Assembly (NCBI GenBank): GCA_002269645.1
Contig: NIVC01000012.1
Location: 1,116,001 to 1,180,000 of the forward strand
DNA from: Macrostomum lignano
Taxonomy: Eukaryota
Direction: 5' to 3'
DNA length: 64,000 nucleotides
Shown: positions 12,754 to 24,884 of the stretch, piece after piece
Layout of the letters: every line of letters begins with the position of its first letter
Numbering within the stretch: the first letter of the stretch is position 1
Notes under the pieces: model-generated
Seen by the model: only the letters and a program-made list of their open reading frames with translations
What the model was told of the DNA's origin: nothing
The model's database searches: none
Translations under genes and position numbers: made by a program

Positions 12754-15700
12754 ATGTCCGTCATAAATTCAGTTAATAAGAAATCCATTGCAATTGTGGG
12801 CTCGGGCCTCTCAGGCTTAACCGCGGCCTGCTTGTTGCACAAACTCGGGTTCAGCGTGACCGTGTTCGAAGCCGCCCCGGATCGGATTGGGGGCCGCATT
12901 TTTAGCGTTTGGGAAGGTGAGTTCCTGTGCCAGTTCGACCTGTCTACCGATATGTTGTGTAAATAACTATTAGTAGCTACTCTCAAAGGAGGAATCTGCG
13001 TGCAATAAATCTTGTCGATCTCGATCTAGAGTCAATCCGGAAATCTGACGATATGTTGAGTAAATAGCTTTATCAATCACTACCTGGTACATCAGGTTTA
13101 CCGATATGTTGAGTAAATAACTTTAGTCGGAGTTTGTTGCAAAGAACTTTACATGTATATTAAAAGAAATCTGGGATATCAATCGCTGCGAATATATTTC
13201 AGTTTTTTGAAATTACCATTACCTCTAAAATTACCTCTAAAATTTAAGATACGTTGAGTATATTATAACGAAACGAACTGTTTAATGCACTATACTTTGC
13301 CCGAAGATTTCCAATATAGTAAGTCCTATTGAATTTAGCGTAAAAATCTATTAGATATTATCAATTCACAATGTCTACCGATATGTTGAGCAAATAGTAT
13401 TTAAATATTTTGTTTAGGAAATTTTGAAATAAATGAAATGCTTTGCATAACACAAAGTTAAAATCTAATAAACTTAGAATTTAATAGAATGAATCGATTC
13501 AATCGTATCAATCTACAATATCTGCCGATATGTTGAGTAATTAGCTTTAGAAAGTTACTTTGAAAATTGCTGTCTACCGATATGTTGTGTAGAAAAATTT
13601 CTTCAAGGTGCTATTTAGCGATTCCCTGCTCACTCACTATCCGACCCAAGGCCGGACTCAACTAGCCCTGGGAGCCATGTGGCTGCACGGTGGCTCCGGT
13701 AATCCGCTCTACCATCTGGTCAAACGCCTTGGCCTACTCGACCCCGAAGTGTGGCAGCAGCGTCAGGACAACCTGCCGGATCTGTGCGACCAGAGCAGCA
13801 CCTACCAGTACGACTGGGCCCAGTGCACCTGCGTCACCGACTCCGGCCAGCCAGTTGATTGTTCCGACATTCGCCAAGCCGAACAGACCATCCGCCAGCA
13901 CCTTGCCGACGTGTACAACCTGCCACCTAGCGTTCTGAAGGACACCAACTCGGATAGGATGGGAGCTTATGTCGAATCCAAACTGCCAATGGACGCCTAT
14001 TCCACTATCTACGGATCCGCATTGAAAACCTTTGCCTTGTTCTACGCCAACGTCGAAGGAGTGCACAGTCTAAATGATCTGTCTATTGTTGGCGGCTCGG
14101 ATTACACCTGCCCCGATGGTCAATGCCTGGTTGCTGGGGGCATGGTCGGATTGATCGATGCGCTGGCAGACAGGCTGCCTGACAACTGTGTCCGATTGAA
14201 TTCTCGGGTAGGTTGTCGGTTGGAGATTGGAGGTCAGAGATTGGGTCAGGTACTAGGTCAGAGATTGGGTCAGCTACTGGGTCAGAGATTGGGTCAGCTA
14301 CTAGGTCAGAGATTAGGTCAGGTACTAGGTCAGAGATTGGGTCAGCTACTAGGTCAGAGATTGGGTCAGCTACTAGGTCAGAGATTGGGTCAGCTACTAG
14401 GTCAGAGATTGGGTCAGCTACTAGGTCAGAGATTGTGTCAGCTACTAGATCAGAGATTGTGTCAGCTACTAGGTCAGAGATTGGGTCAGGTACTAGGTCA
14501 GAGATTGGGTCAGCTACTAGGTCAGATGTTGGGTCAGCTACTAGGTCAGAGATTGGGTCAGCTACTAGGTCAGAGATTAGGTCAGGTACTAGGTCAGAGA
14601 TTGGGTCAGCTACTAGGTCAGAGATTGGGTCAGCTACTAGGTCAGAGATTGTGTCAGCTACTAGGTCAGAGATTGTGTCAGCTACTAGGTCAGAGATTGG
14701 GTCAGGTACTAGGTCAGAGATTGGGTCAGCTACTAGGTCAGAGATTGGGTCAGCTACTAGGTCAGAGAATAGGTCAGCTACTAGGTCAGAGATTGGTCAG
14801 CTACTAGGTCAGAGATTGGGTCAGCTACTAGGTCAGAGATTGGGTCAGCTAGCAATACTATATATTCTCATAATCACCCAATGCAGGTGGACCGCATATC
14901 CCTAACACCGGATGGTGCGGCCTCCCTACTGATAGACTCCCAGTGGCACCAGTTCGATCACGCGCTGGTCACAGTGTCACTGGGTGTGCTCCAAGCCAAT
15001 CAGCTGATCGAGCCCAGCCTGGTAACCAGCGAGAGACAGTCAGCGCTAAAACAGATGCAGCTCGGGGTTGTGGACAAAATCTTTGTTCGATTTGCTTTGC
15101 CAATAGAATTGCCCAACAATTGCAATCACCTGTGGATTATCAAACAGCGGCTGCATCGAAACTGGCTGGATGGATTAACCGGAGTGTCTGTTGTTAATAA
15201 GAGCAGAGATACTCTCATTTGTGAGTTGCCTATGCGACTGGTTTGACCCTGATTCTTCAGATCAATCCCCTGATTATTCAGGTTAATCCTCTGATTCTTC
15301 AGGTCAACCCCTGATTATTCAGGTTAATCCTCTGATTATTCAGGTTAATCCTCTTATTCTTTAGGTTAATCCTCTGACTCTTCAGGTGGATCCTCTGTTT
15401 CTTCAGGTTAATCCTCTGATTCTTCAGGTTAATCCTCTGTTTCTTCAGGTTAATCCTCTGATTCTTCAGGTTAATCCTCTTATTCTTTAGGTTAATCCTC
15501 TGACTCTTCAGGTGGATCCTCTGTTTCTTCAGGTCACACCTTAATTAAAAGAAACCATCCAATCAAAACACCACAGTGTGGCTAGCTGGTCATTACGCAA
15601 AGGAAATGGAGAGTCAGACTGCTGAGCAGGTAGAGGCTCTATTGGTGTCCTATTTAGAATCCGCTCTGCGCTGCCGTCTGCCTCGTGTGACGAAATTGTT

Positions 15701-16593
15701 GCGGTAAGCTGCGCGGTACTTCATTCAGACGTTTGTTCTGCCGATATGTCGTAATTAATTTTATGAAATTTCACGATTTGATTGTTTTTTTTTCAGCACC
15801 TCATTCGGTCAGGATCCGCACTTACGGGGCTCCTACAGCAGCTACGTGCCCGGATGTGAGCCCGGGGCGGCGCGGAGGCTGGCCAGCCCCATCGAGTTCG
15901 CCGGCTCCGCTGTCGGGGTTGGCAAGGTAAGGCACTGATACAGGCTCTGATACAGGCTCTGATACAGGCTCTGATACAAGCTCTGATACAGGCTCTATTA
16001 CAGGCTCTGATACAGGCTCTATTACAGGCTCTGATACAGGCTCTGATACAGGCTATGATACAGGCTCTGATACTGGCTCAGATACAGGCTCTGATACAGG
16101 CTCTATTACAGGCACTGATACAGGCTCTGATACAGGCTCTGATACAGGCTCTGATACCGGCTCAGATACAGGCTCTGATACAGGCTCTGATACAGGCTCT
16201 GATACAGGCTATGATACAGGCTCTGATACAGGCTATGATACAGGCTCTGATACAGGCTATGATTCAGGCTCAGATACAGGCTCTGATACAGGCTATGATA
16301 CAGGCTCTGATACAGGCTCTGATACAGGCTATGATACAGGCTCTGATACAGGCTCTGATACAGGCTCTATTACAGGCTCTGATACAGGCTCTGATACAGG
16401 CTATGATACAGGCTCTGATACCGGCTCAGATACAGGCTCTGATACAGGCTCTATTACAGGCTGTGATTCAGGCTCTGATACAGGCTCTGATACAGGCTCT
16501 GATACAGGCTCTGATACAGGCTCTGATACAGGATCTGATACAGACAGACAGACAGGCAGGCAGACAGGCAGACGGACAGGCAGGCAGGCAGGC

Positions 16594-16662
<69 letters not shown>

Positions 16663-16768
16663 CTAAGACAGACAGACACTAAGACAGACAGACAGGCAGA
16701 CAGACAGACAGACAGACAGACAGGCAGACAGACAGGCAGGCAGACAGGCAGGCAGACAGACAGGCAGG

Positions 16769-16799
<31 letters not shown>

Positions 16800-16901
16800 G
16801 CAGACAGACAGACAGACAGACAGACAGGCAGGCAGGCAGGCAGGCAGGCAGACAGGCAGGCAGACAGGCAGGCAGACAGGCAGGCAGACAGAGAGGCAGG
16901 C

Positions 16902-16954
<53 letters not shown>

Positions 16955-17006
16955 GGCAGACAGACAGGCAGGCAGACAGGCAGGCAGACAGACAGGCAGG
17001 CATACG

Positions 17007-17062
<56 letters not shown>

Positions 17063-20000
17063 GGCAGGCAGGCAGGCAGGCAGGCAGACAGGCAGGCAGA
17101 CAGGCAGGCAGACAGAGAGGCAGGCAGACAGAGAGGCAGGCAGACAGACAGACAGACAGGCAGACAGACAGACAGTCTTGACTTACTTGACTTAGCTGCA
17201 GGGCTGTCCCGGAGGGGACACAGCGGGAAGGCGCGGGCGCCCATTCCGCTAGTCCCTGAACGGCCGACGCGTCGCTATGGACGGAGGGTTGGCGCCGCCC
17301 AGGGAGGTCCCCCAGTGTCGCCAGCAGCTATGGTGCTCTCTGGAAAGGAGAGTTCAGCCCTGCGGGTGGCCCGAAGGTAACGCATGAGCTGATTAAAGTT
17401 TTCGGGTTTGCACGCTTCAGTAATAGATGTGTGTGGCCCGAGGTAAGTGAGTCTGGCCCGCGTGAAGGCGGGACAGATGCTGACGAAATGCTCAGCGGTT
17501 TCGTCACCTGAGTTGCAGAAACTACAGGTGGCGTTGGTGGCGTTGCCCTGCAGGTACTGGTGCCTGGAGAAGCAGCCGTGACCAGAGAGGGTCATGGTGG
17601 CAGCCCGGATGTCTCTGCGCGAGAGGCGCAAGAGGAGCTTCCGGAGCTGTTGAGAGGGCTGAGGGACAGCGCCTCTGGATTGCCTGCATTTCGTGCGGTT
17701 CGCCCAAGTCGAGCGGTGCTGAGTCCTGATCCACGCTTTGATGCGCGAGTCGATGACACAGCCAGGAATCGGGACAAGAGGTTCGGGGCCGAGAGAGGAG
17801 CCGGAGGCACCAACTTTTGCAAGGGTGTCAGCCAACTCATTTCCTCGGATCCCCACATGCCCCGGAACCCACTTAAGGGTAATTTTGTTGGCGGAACCCA
17901 ACACGTTGAGGAGTTTTCAGTCGAGGACTGTAGCAGAGTTGGTGCTGCAGCCACTGATGGCGTGCAAGGCAGCTTGGCTGTCCGAATGGAAAATGATGTT
18001 CTTACCAGTAACGCCAGTGGCGAGAAGCTCAGCAGTGCAGGAGCTGATGGCCAGAACTTCATTTTGGAAAACACTGGAGTTGACCCCAGTGTATTGAGCG
18101 TGGGTAGCGATGACCCTCCCGTTCAGAAAGATTCCAACACCAAAGCCGGTGTTGGCTGACTGCTTAGAACCGTCGGTGTAGCAATGAAGCTCACCAGGGT
18201 TCCATTGGTCATTGATGTTATCGCGCGAGTCGATAGCTACGGAGTAGCGCTGTCTCAGGTTGAGCGTTGAGGCAATGCCATCGGTGAAGACGCGATTGGC
18301 CTGACACTCGTTGAGAAAGTTGAGGCACAGATCGCTATGCGGGACAAGGTTCCGCTTAGCAGGTGCTCTCATGTAAATGAATTTGACGCCGGCATCAATT
18401 AGACGCCGCGTCGTTCTAGCCGCCTCACCCCTGATGAAGAGGTCAAGAGGCGGAAGATTAAGGAAGGCCCCCATGCCAGCAAAGGGCGTGGACCTGGTGG
18501 CGTTGCAGATGAGCCTACACGCTCTGCCTTGGATCGTGTTGAGCAGGTCTGCATGGCTTTTGACCTGGGTAGCGCTAACCCAGACAACAGAGGCGTACGT
18601 AATGGCAGGTCTAACTACGGAAGTATAGATCCACCAAAGCCGCTTTGGGGATAGACCCCAAGAAGTGCCAAGTGCTCGTCGGAGCTGGGCCAGGATGGCT
18701 GAGGCACGCTTGGCTTTTGCTTTCACGTGGAGGACCAGTTGAGCCGGTGGTCAAGTATGACCCCGAGACATCTGGTCTGGTGCGCGAAGGCAATATCTCT
18801 GCCGTAGAGCTGCAGAGGACGTATGTTCCAGCGTAGTCTGCTGGTAAACATAATGGCAACGGTTTTGGGCTCAGAGAGTTCCAAACCATTGTCATTGGCC
18901 CAGGATTCTGCTTTGCGGATAAAGCTCTGCATCAGATCCCTGAGCGTGCTGGGAGACGGTCCTGCCACAATGGCCGTGACGTCATCAGCATACCCGACTT
19001 TGAAGACGGGGTCGGGTCGGGAGTCACTCAAAAGAGCGTCCATGACCAGGTTCCAGAGCGTCGGGGTGAGGACTCCGCCTTGGGGTCCACCCTTACAGAC
19101 TCTGGTGGAGGCAGTTTGCCCAAGAAGTTGGGCAGTGACCGTACGGTTGGAGATCATGTACATGATCCACCGTATGAGGGTAGCATGAGCTTTGCGATTT
19201 TGAAGGGCCCTCTGAAACGCTTCAAAGATAACGTTGTCGAAGGCGCCAACAATGTCAAGAAAGAGAGCCAGAGCGTAGCCGTCACCCAGTACCGCCCTTT
19301 CAATCTTCTCGACAATCGCATGCAGGGCGCTGTCAGTCGACCTCCCGGTACGGAAGGCGTGCTGATTATTGCTGAGGGGCATCGCTGTCAGCTCGCAGGA
19401 CAGCAGCCGCCAGAGAATAAGCCTCTCAGTGAGCTTAAGCATTGCTGACGTTAAGCTAATAGGCCGGAAGGCCTTGACGCTTTGGTAGTCACCCTTCCCA
19501 GGTTTGGGAATAAAGACTACCCGAGCTTCAGTCCAGCATTTGGGAACGTATCCCAGCTGGATAGAGGCCCGCATAAGATTGCGGGTGAGTCTCAGGAACG
19601 AGGGTGCCAGTATCTTGGCTGCTTCACGAAGGAGAACAGGGTAGATACCATCAGGTCCAGGAGATTTGAAGGGTTTGAAGGTTCTGACCGCACGAGCGAT
19701 TAGGTCTTCAGTGACAATGCCCGCCGCTAGGGTGGCTCCATCCATCGAATGGTTGGGCTCCGGTCTAGCAGTAGGTACCCTCGGGAAGAATGTGCTAAGC
19801 ATATGCTGAAGCACTTCTTCAGGGTCTTTAGTAAGAGAGCCATCATCTTTTTTGATCATGGCTAATTTGGACATTTTGTCCATTGTAAGGGCCTTGACAA
19901 GCCTAGAAGTAGGTCTGTCTTGATCCAATTCATTGCAGAATTGGCGCCACTTACATTCCTTGGCCTTGCGCACTTCAGATTTGAAATTGCGGGAGGCTTG

Positions 20001-23000
20001 CCGGAAAAGCTCCATGTCCTCCGGGTTTCCGGTCTTCATGGCACGGCGATGAAGGCTTTTGGCCTTCCGCCTGAGTTTCCCCAGCTCCGGGTTCCACCAC
20101 GGCGCCGAGGTCTTGCCTTTGTAGGCGCGAGCAGGACAAGCCGCTTCGTAGGCTTCAATAATGCAACCTGTCAGCGTCTCAGCCATATGATCCACATCCT
20201 CGCAGGTCTCAATCGGACGTAAGTCCGTGAGTTCCTGCAGGTGCAGATCAAGGGCAGCCTTGTAGGCCGCCCAATCAGTGTTGCGGATATTGCGTCTCCA
20301 AGTGATCGGAGACTGGGTTTTAGTGTCCGCGATGTTAAAGGCGATAAAGCAGTGGTCAGACAGGGAGGGCTCCTCAGACCAGACTCTCCACTCCTCAACT
20401 CTGTCAAAGAGTCTTGGGGTAACGAGTGTGGCGTCGAGGACCTCGGTCCATCTGCCATTATTAAAGGTAGGAGTGCTGCCGCGGTTGCAGAGCATGAGGT
20501 TTGTGTTAGAGATGAGGGCCAGAAGCTCCTCTCCTCTAGTGTTGGTATCTTTGCTGCCCCAGTGCTTGTGGTGCGCGTTGAGGTCGCCCCCTAAGCACAG
20601 CTCAGCGTTCTGGGACTCGCAGTACTGCGCGAGGCGCAGTAAACTCTCAGGAGCAGGGTCTCTGTCGCCTGGGATATAAACCGAGGCAACAAGACACGTA
20701 CGCGGAGAGAAATGATTAGATTGGATGACGCAAAGGTCTCCATCAGAGAGATCAGTCCTCAGCCAAGCCTGGAGATGGCTAGCAGCGAGGATAGCCGCTC
20801 TAGGGCGGCTGTTCCCCGGGCCACACACATAAAAATCAGAGTAGCCAGAGGGAATGTTGGGCAACTTACCGTTGCGCATCCAGGGTTCCTGGATCAGGAT
20901 GAGGCCTGGCCTGTACAGCTCAGCAATCTTCATCAGATTTACTGACGCAGATACGCAATGCTGTAAATTAATTTGCAGACAGAATGTCGCTCCTTTGGCA
21001 GCGTGGAGCTTAGTCATACTGTATTAAATGCAATTTCTGGCTAGAGCCCAGGGCCATCAAGGAGACTTGGACAACAGATCGTCCTCGTCCCAGGCCGCTG
21101 GGGCTTGACTGGGAGATGGGAGTTGGTCGACGTCCATGGCCTCCTCACCCCCACCGCCCCCCCCCCAGCAGAGTCCTCAGGCTCCGATGACAGGATGGAG
21201 GAAGCTTCCTCGCCTGCATCTTTACCTTCAGACCCCACCAGGGTGGCCGAGGAGAGCTCGGATTCCGAAGACCCGGCCTCGTCCTCAACTCCTCCGACTG
21301 GCAGGTTTGGTTCCCGGGGCTTGGCCGGAGCCGTTACCGCGGTCGCCGAACTGCTGCTAGCAGAGGGGCGAGATGCAGCTTTGGCTTTGGGATCGGCTTG
21401 CGCCTTTCCTTGGGCCTTAGACTGCGCCCCGCTCTTGCCGGAGATGCCGGGGTTGGCAGTAGCCTTCCCTTTGGCAGACTTTCCTCGGCGCATCTTGAGC
21501 TTGAGGGCACCCAGCTGGAAAGAGGATCCATTAGGGTACCAACTCGCCCAAGTGCTGGAAAGGCCAGGACAATTGAGTTGCCCGTCTCCCCCCTGCGGAC
21601 TTTACGGTGATACACCAGTCCACTAGCAGGGAGGTCGGGGTTCAGACGCAGTAGGACCCGGCGAATAACGTCTGGTCCAGCTGCGGTGCTCTTAGCAGGG
21701 ACGAAAACCACATAGGGTATCGTCTTTGGACGCTGGCCCTCGCGAAGAAAAAGAGCTCCGACAAGGTCAGCATCCAAGGAGACCGTCGGTAGCCGCTGGA
21801 GCAGCTGCCGAGCGTCCTCCTCGCTGCTAGGAGCAATAAGAACGAATGTGCTTCGCAGCGCCATCCGCTCAATGCCGATGGAGATTCCCTCCTCGACAGT
21901 CAGCTCAATCAGATAGGAGTCAACAGCACTCCACACTTTTTGAAGCTGATCAGTGGTCCAGTCCTGGTCGCGACCTTGGATGATCACTCCCGGGATTTTG
22001 GCCTTGGCCTTCGCCGCAAAGGTAGCTCCCGAAGGAACCTCCTTGTTGGCAGTGGGCATTTGTTGCGCCGTGGTTTCGACCTCAGCAGCCGCAGCAGCAT
22101 CTCCAGGGAGCGCCGCCGCTGAACTACCGGAGCTTCCACCGGCCGGCCCGTCTGGTTGCCTTGGGACGCCAGTCGCTTCAGCATCCATGGTGGACGCCGC
22201 CGCTTTGGCCCCCGCAGCTCCCTTCTTGGCCTGCCTTTTGGCGCGTTGTTTAGCGCGTTTGCGCTCAAGCCGAGCCCGCTGAGCTTCATCGGATCTGCCA
22301 GATTTGGCCGGTCCTTTAGGCTCAGAGCTCGCGGTTCCCTTAGATCCACCAGCGGAGCTGGCAGGTCTTTGGGTATTATGAGTTTGGTAGCTCTGGTCGG
22401 ATCTGCCAGCAGAGCCAGCCGGTCCTTCCTTTGCCACAGTTGAATCAGTCGGTTGGGATCTGCCAGCAGGGCCGGCTGGTCCTTCGGACTGAGGTTGGGG
22501 TTTAGAAGGGTCCCCGTCCCTAGAAAAAGCTTTGTTATCCACAATCGGCTCGAAGGCCATGATAAAAGGTTGGTGGGCTACCCTCAAAGGGGCGCGGTAC
22601 CCACCCGGCCGCTCCACCTGACCGGGCAGTAGGCCAATAGCACCCTCAAGGCTGGCCCGACACCAGGAGGGGGACCGCTTGCGACCGGACTACTCCCCGG
22701 CCTTCCAGCCCATCGGCACGGTCAACACCTTAGGCATTAGAGAGTACGTTGAGCAGTACCACGGCCTGCAGGTTGGCGAGCCAGACCCGCATACCCAAAT
22801 TCGGCCGAAGCCACTGGATAGGGTCGCCAGCGCCGGAGCCCAGTCTGTCCAGCAGCCCTAGGGACTGCCTTGAACACACGCGGGGACGAGTACCCTGGGT
22901 CGACTTGCGAGACAGCGTGGGGGGTCTGCGGCTGCCAGAGGCAAATAGAGGGTGCAGACCTCCCACCAGCCTTGACCTGCTGAAGATAGGGGCAGGCGTG

Positions 23001-23077
23001 AAGCATCGCAGACCTTAGCCCATGGGCCTAGTCTGTCTCATACTTCACTGGCATGCTGAATACGCCTTCGCGTGCAC

Positions 23078-23124
<47 letters not shown>

Positions 23125-23127
23125 GGC

Positions 23128-23176
<49 letters not shown>

Positions 23177-23179
23177 CTA

Positions 23180-23224
<45 letters not shown>

Positions 23225-23231
23225 GGCAGGC

Positions 23232-23272
<41 letters not shown>

Positions 23273-23342
23273 GGCAGGCAGGCAGGCAGGCAGACAGACA
23301 GGCAGGCAGCAGAGAGGCAGGCAGACAGACCGACAGGCAGGC

Positions 23343-23433
<91 letters not shown>

Positions 23434-23602
23434 TCGCCCCTCCCTTCCGCAGCCGGCCATCTGTTTCGCAGGCGAGCACACCTCTGAGAAGCACTACGCC
23501 ACAGTGCAGGGGGCTTTCCTTAGCGGGGTTCGCGAAGCCCGTCGCCTTGCCGCCTATTATAAACTGGCCGAGGCCAAGTCGGATTTGGCTGCCATGATCT
23601 GA
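12754..23602 (+). CDS. Flavin-dependent polyamine/spermine oxidase-like (SMOX/PAOX family), paralog 1; exons 12754-12916, 13651-14207, 14887-15220, 15577-15703, 15797-15926, 23453-23602
   Basis: Motifs IAIVGSGLSGLTAA (FAD-binding GxGxxG), FEA..RIGGRI, LGAMWLHG, VTVSLGVLQ, GVVDKIFVRF, RGSYS and FAGEHT..ATVQGAFLSGVREA. All five introns are GT-AG with consistent phases. Confidence 0.9.
12941..13592 (+). repeat. Dispersed ~25-bp motif (TCTACCGATATGTTGAGTAAATARCTTT) in oxidase-1 intron 1
   Basis: Copies near 12941, 13044, 13099, 13372, 13521 and 13571 (a degenerate one near 13250), separated by unique AT-rich spacers of irregular length. Confidence 0.8.
14230..14850 (+). repeat. 24-bp minisatellite (GGTCAGCTACTAGGTCAGAGATTG) in oxidase-1 intron 2
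   Basis: About 25 units; the same unit occurs at 26652-28430 in the equivalent intron of paralog 2. Confidence 0.95.
15250..15535 (+). repeat. 21-bp minisatellite (CAGGTTAATCCTCTGATTCTT) in oxidase-1 intron 3
   Basis: About 13 units seen directly. Confidence 0.9.
15932..16540 (+). repeat. 12-bp minisatellite (GCTCTGATACAG) at the 5' end of oxidase-1 intron 5
   Basis: About 50 units, beginning immediately after the GTAAG donor at 15927. Confidence 0.95.
16541..17175 (+). repeat. (GACA)n/(GGCA)n microsatellite, left flank of the non-LTR element
   Basis: Seen directly; the tract resumes at 23077-23433 on the other side of the element. Confidence 0.95.
17275..21017 (-). pseudogene. Non-LTR ORF2 (APE-RT-RNase H-zinc knuckle), disrupted
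   Basis: Motifs QINLQH..LIQEPW..GGDLNAHH..SDH (APE), FRPISLTS..FLDIVGAFD..QGGVLTP..GYADD (RT), YTDGSK..E..SDSQA..WVPGH..GNELAD (RNase H) and CSFC..H..C. There is a 1-nt frameshift near 18730 and an in-frame TGA at 17917-17919. Confidence 0.92.
21057..22560 (-). pseudogene. Non-LTR ORF1 (gag-like, no evident zinc knuckle), with apparent frameshifts
   Basis: ATG at 22560 (MAFEPIV), a basic/low-complexity N-terminus and a globular middle. Coding-like sequence appears to switch frame near 21565 and again in the C-run near 21155, ending EEAMDVDQ..LLSKSP-stop. Confidence 0.7.
23077..23433 (+). repeat. (GACA)n microsatellite, right flank of the non-LTR element
   Basis: Seen directly; it ends ~20 nt before the acceptor at 23451-23452. 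Confidence 0.95.
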
Positions 23603-23879
23603 CCTGCGGCGCGTGTCTGAAGGAGAGAGACACTAGGATTTTTCGCGGCAATAGGAAATAGAAGAAGTCGGATAGACTATGCTGCAATACTAATCAAACG
23701 GATCTGATTTTATAATGATTTGCATAAAATTTTAAGATAGTTGGTGAATCATTATTGCTTGAGGTACGCTTGTTCGACAATTCAGCTCTTTTCACAGGTT
23801 CTTCTCTGGCATAAACTGCTCCGGCCTCTCCTTTCCGATTCGTCTCCTTTTCTCTCTTTCTCCCCCATATCCCTCTGCA

Positions 23880-24190
23880 CCGTCTCTCCTCTCTCCGTCT
23901 CTCCCTTCTGTGTCTCTCCCCTCTCTGTCTCTCCCCTCTCCGTCTCTCCCCTCTCCGTCTCTCCCCTCTCCGTCTCTCCCCTCTCCGTCTCTCCTCTCTC
24001 TGCCTCTCCCCTCTCTGTCTCACCCCTCTCCGTCTCTCCCCTCTCCGTCTCTCCCCTCTCCGTCTCTCCCCTCTCCGTCTCTCCTCTCTCTGCCTCTCCC
24101 CTCTCCGTCTCTCCCCTCTCCGTCTCTCCCCTCTCCGTCTCTCCCCTCTCCGTCTCTCCCCTCTCCGTCTCTCCCCTCTCCGTCTCTCCC
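23880..24190 (+). repeat. 15-bp pyrimidine-rich minisatellite (CCGTCTCTCCCCTCT) between the two oxidase genes
   Basis: About 20 units seen directly. Confidence 0.92.
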
Positions 24191-24884
24191 TTAAGCAAAG
24201 CACCTAAGCCCTGCAAAGAAGCAACTTCAACAGCATTGAGCATAGGCATTCAGTATTCAATAAAATGTGCAATTGTTTTTTTTCTTTTCCTCTGTTTTTT
24301 TAAGATTGCTTGAGAACTGCTTCAGGAATACTGCCTCAATCGATTAACTGATTAAATGCTACTTTAATTGACATTTAATTGTTTTAATTTTGTTTCAATT
24401 ATAAAGCTTTTTAAGTCATTAAATTTTATTAAATGATTTTGATTGAAAAAGTACATCAATAAATGTCTTCATGTTAGTATCATTTACATAAGCATGTAAC
24501 CATAGTAACGGGCTTGCAGAGCAGCTGGTTCTCCACATTCATTTGGGGCTTGTGTGCTTGAACATTCACAGCCATTAGGGCCAACCCCAAAGGCGCAGAA
24601 AGTGTACACGCCTGGAGATTAGACAGTCTCCACTAATTCCAACTGCTTCCAGACCTTAGACAGCAGTCAATATGATGGATGATGAAGCTGGAGCTTCTGC
24701 TTCCGTTGCCGTGATTGGTGGCGGCTTGTCCGGGCTGATTGCTGCTTCCCTGATGCACAGGGCCGGGCTCAGGGTCACCCTGTTCGAGGCTGAGAGTCGG
24801 CTTGGTGGCAGAGTGCACAGCTACTGGTGTGGTGGGTGCTCAAACCGTTTATGACTTTTGTATTTGTCTAATAGCTTTTACTAC

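Larger units (their letters stand above)
17176..23076 (-). mobile_element. Apparently full-length (~5.9 kb) non-LTR retrotransposon with APE endonuclease, RT, RNase H and CCHC motif (LOA/Lian-like, I/R1 group), antisense in oxidase-1 intron 5
   Basis: Layout is a ~500-nt 5'UTR, ORF1, ORF2 and a ~100-nt 3'UTR with a TGTCCC/GGGACA stem-loop and a TAAGTCAAG-type tail. (GACA)n flanks both sides. The clade assignment is inferred from domain content. Confidence 0.9.

Noticed and set aside
12941-13592. CRISPR-like repeat/spacer appearance
   Set aside because: The context is a eukaryotic intron, spacer lengths are irregular (roughly 25-250 nt), the repeats are degenerate and non-palindromic, and there are no cas genes.
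17560-22544. Plus-strand ORFs overlapping the non-LTR element (and minus-strand ORFs over the Gypsy element, 51237-54929)
   Set aside because: They are antisense shadows of GC-rich retroelement coding sequence.
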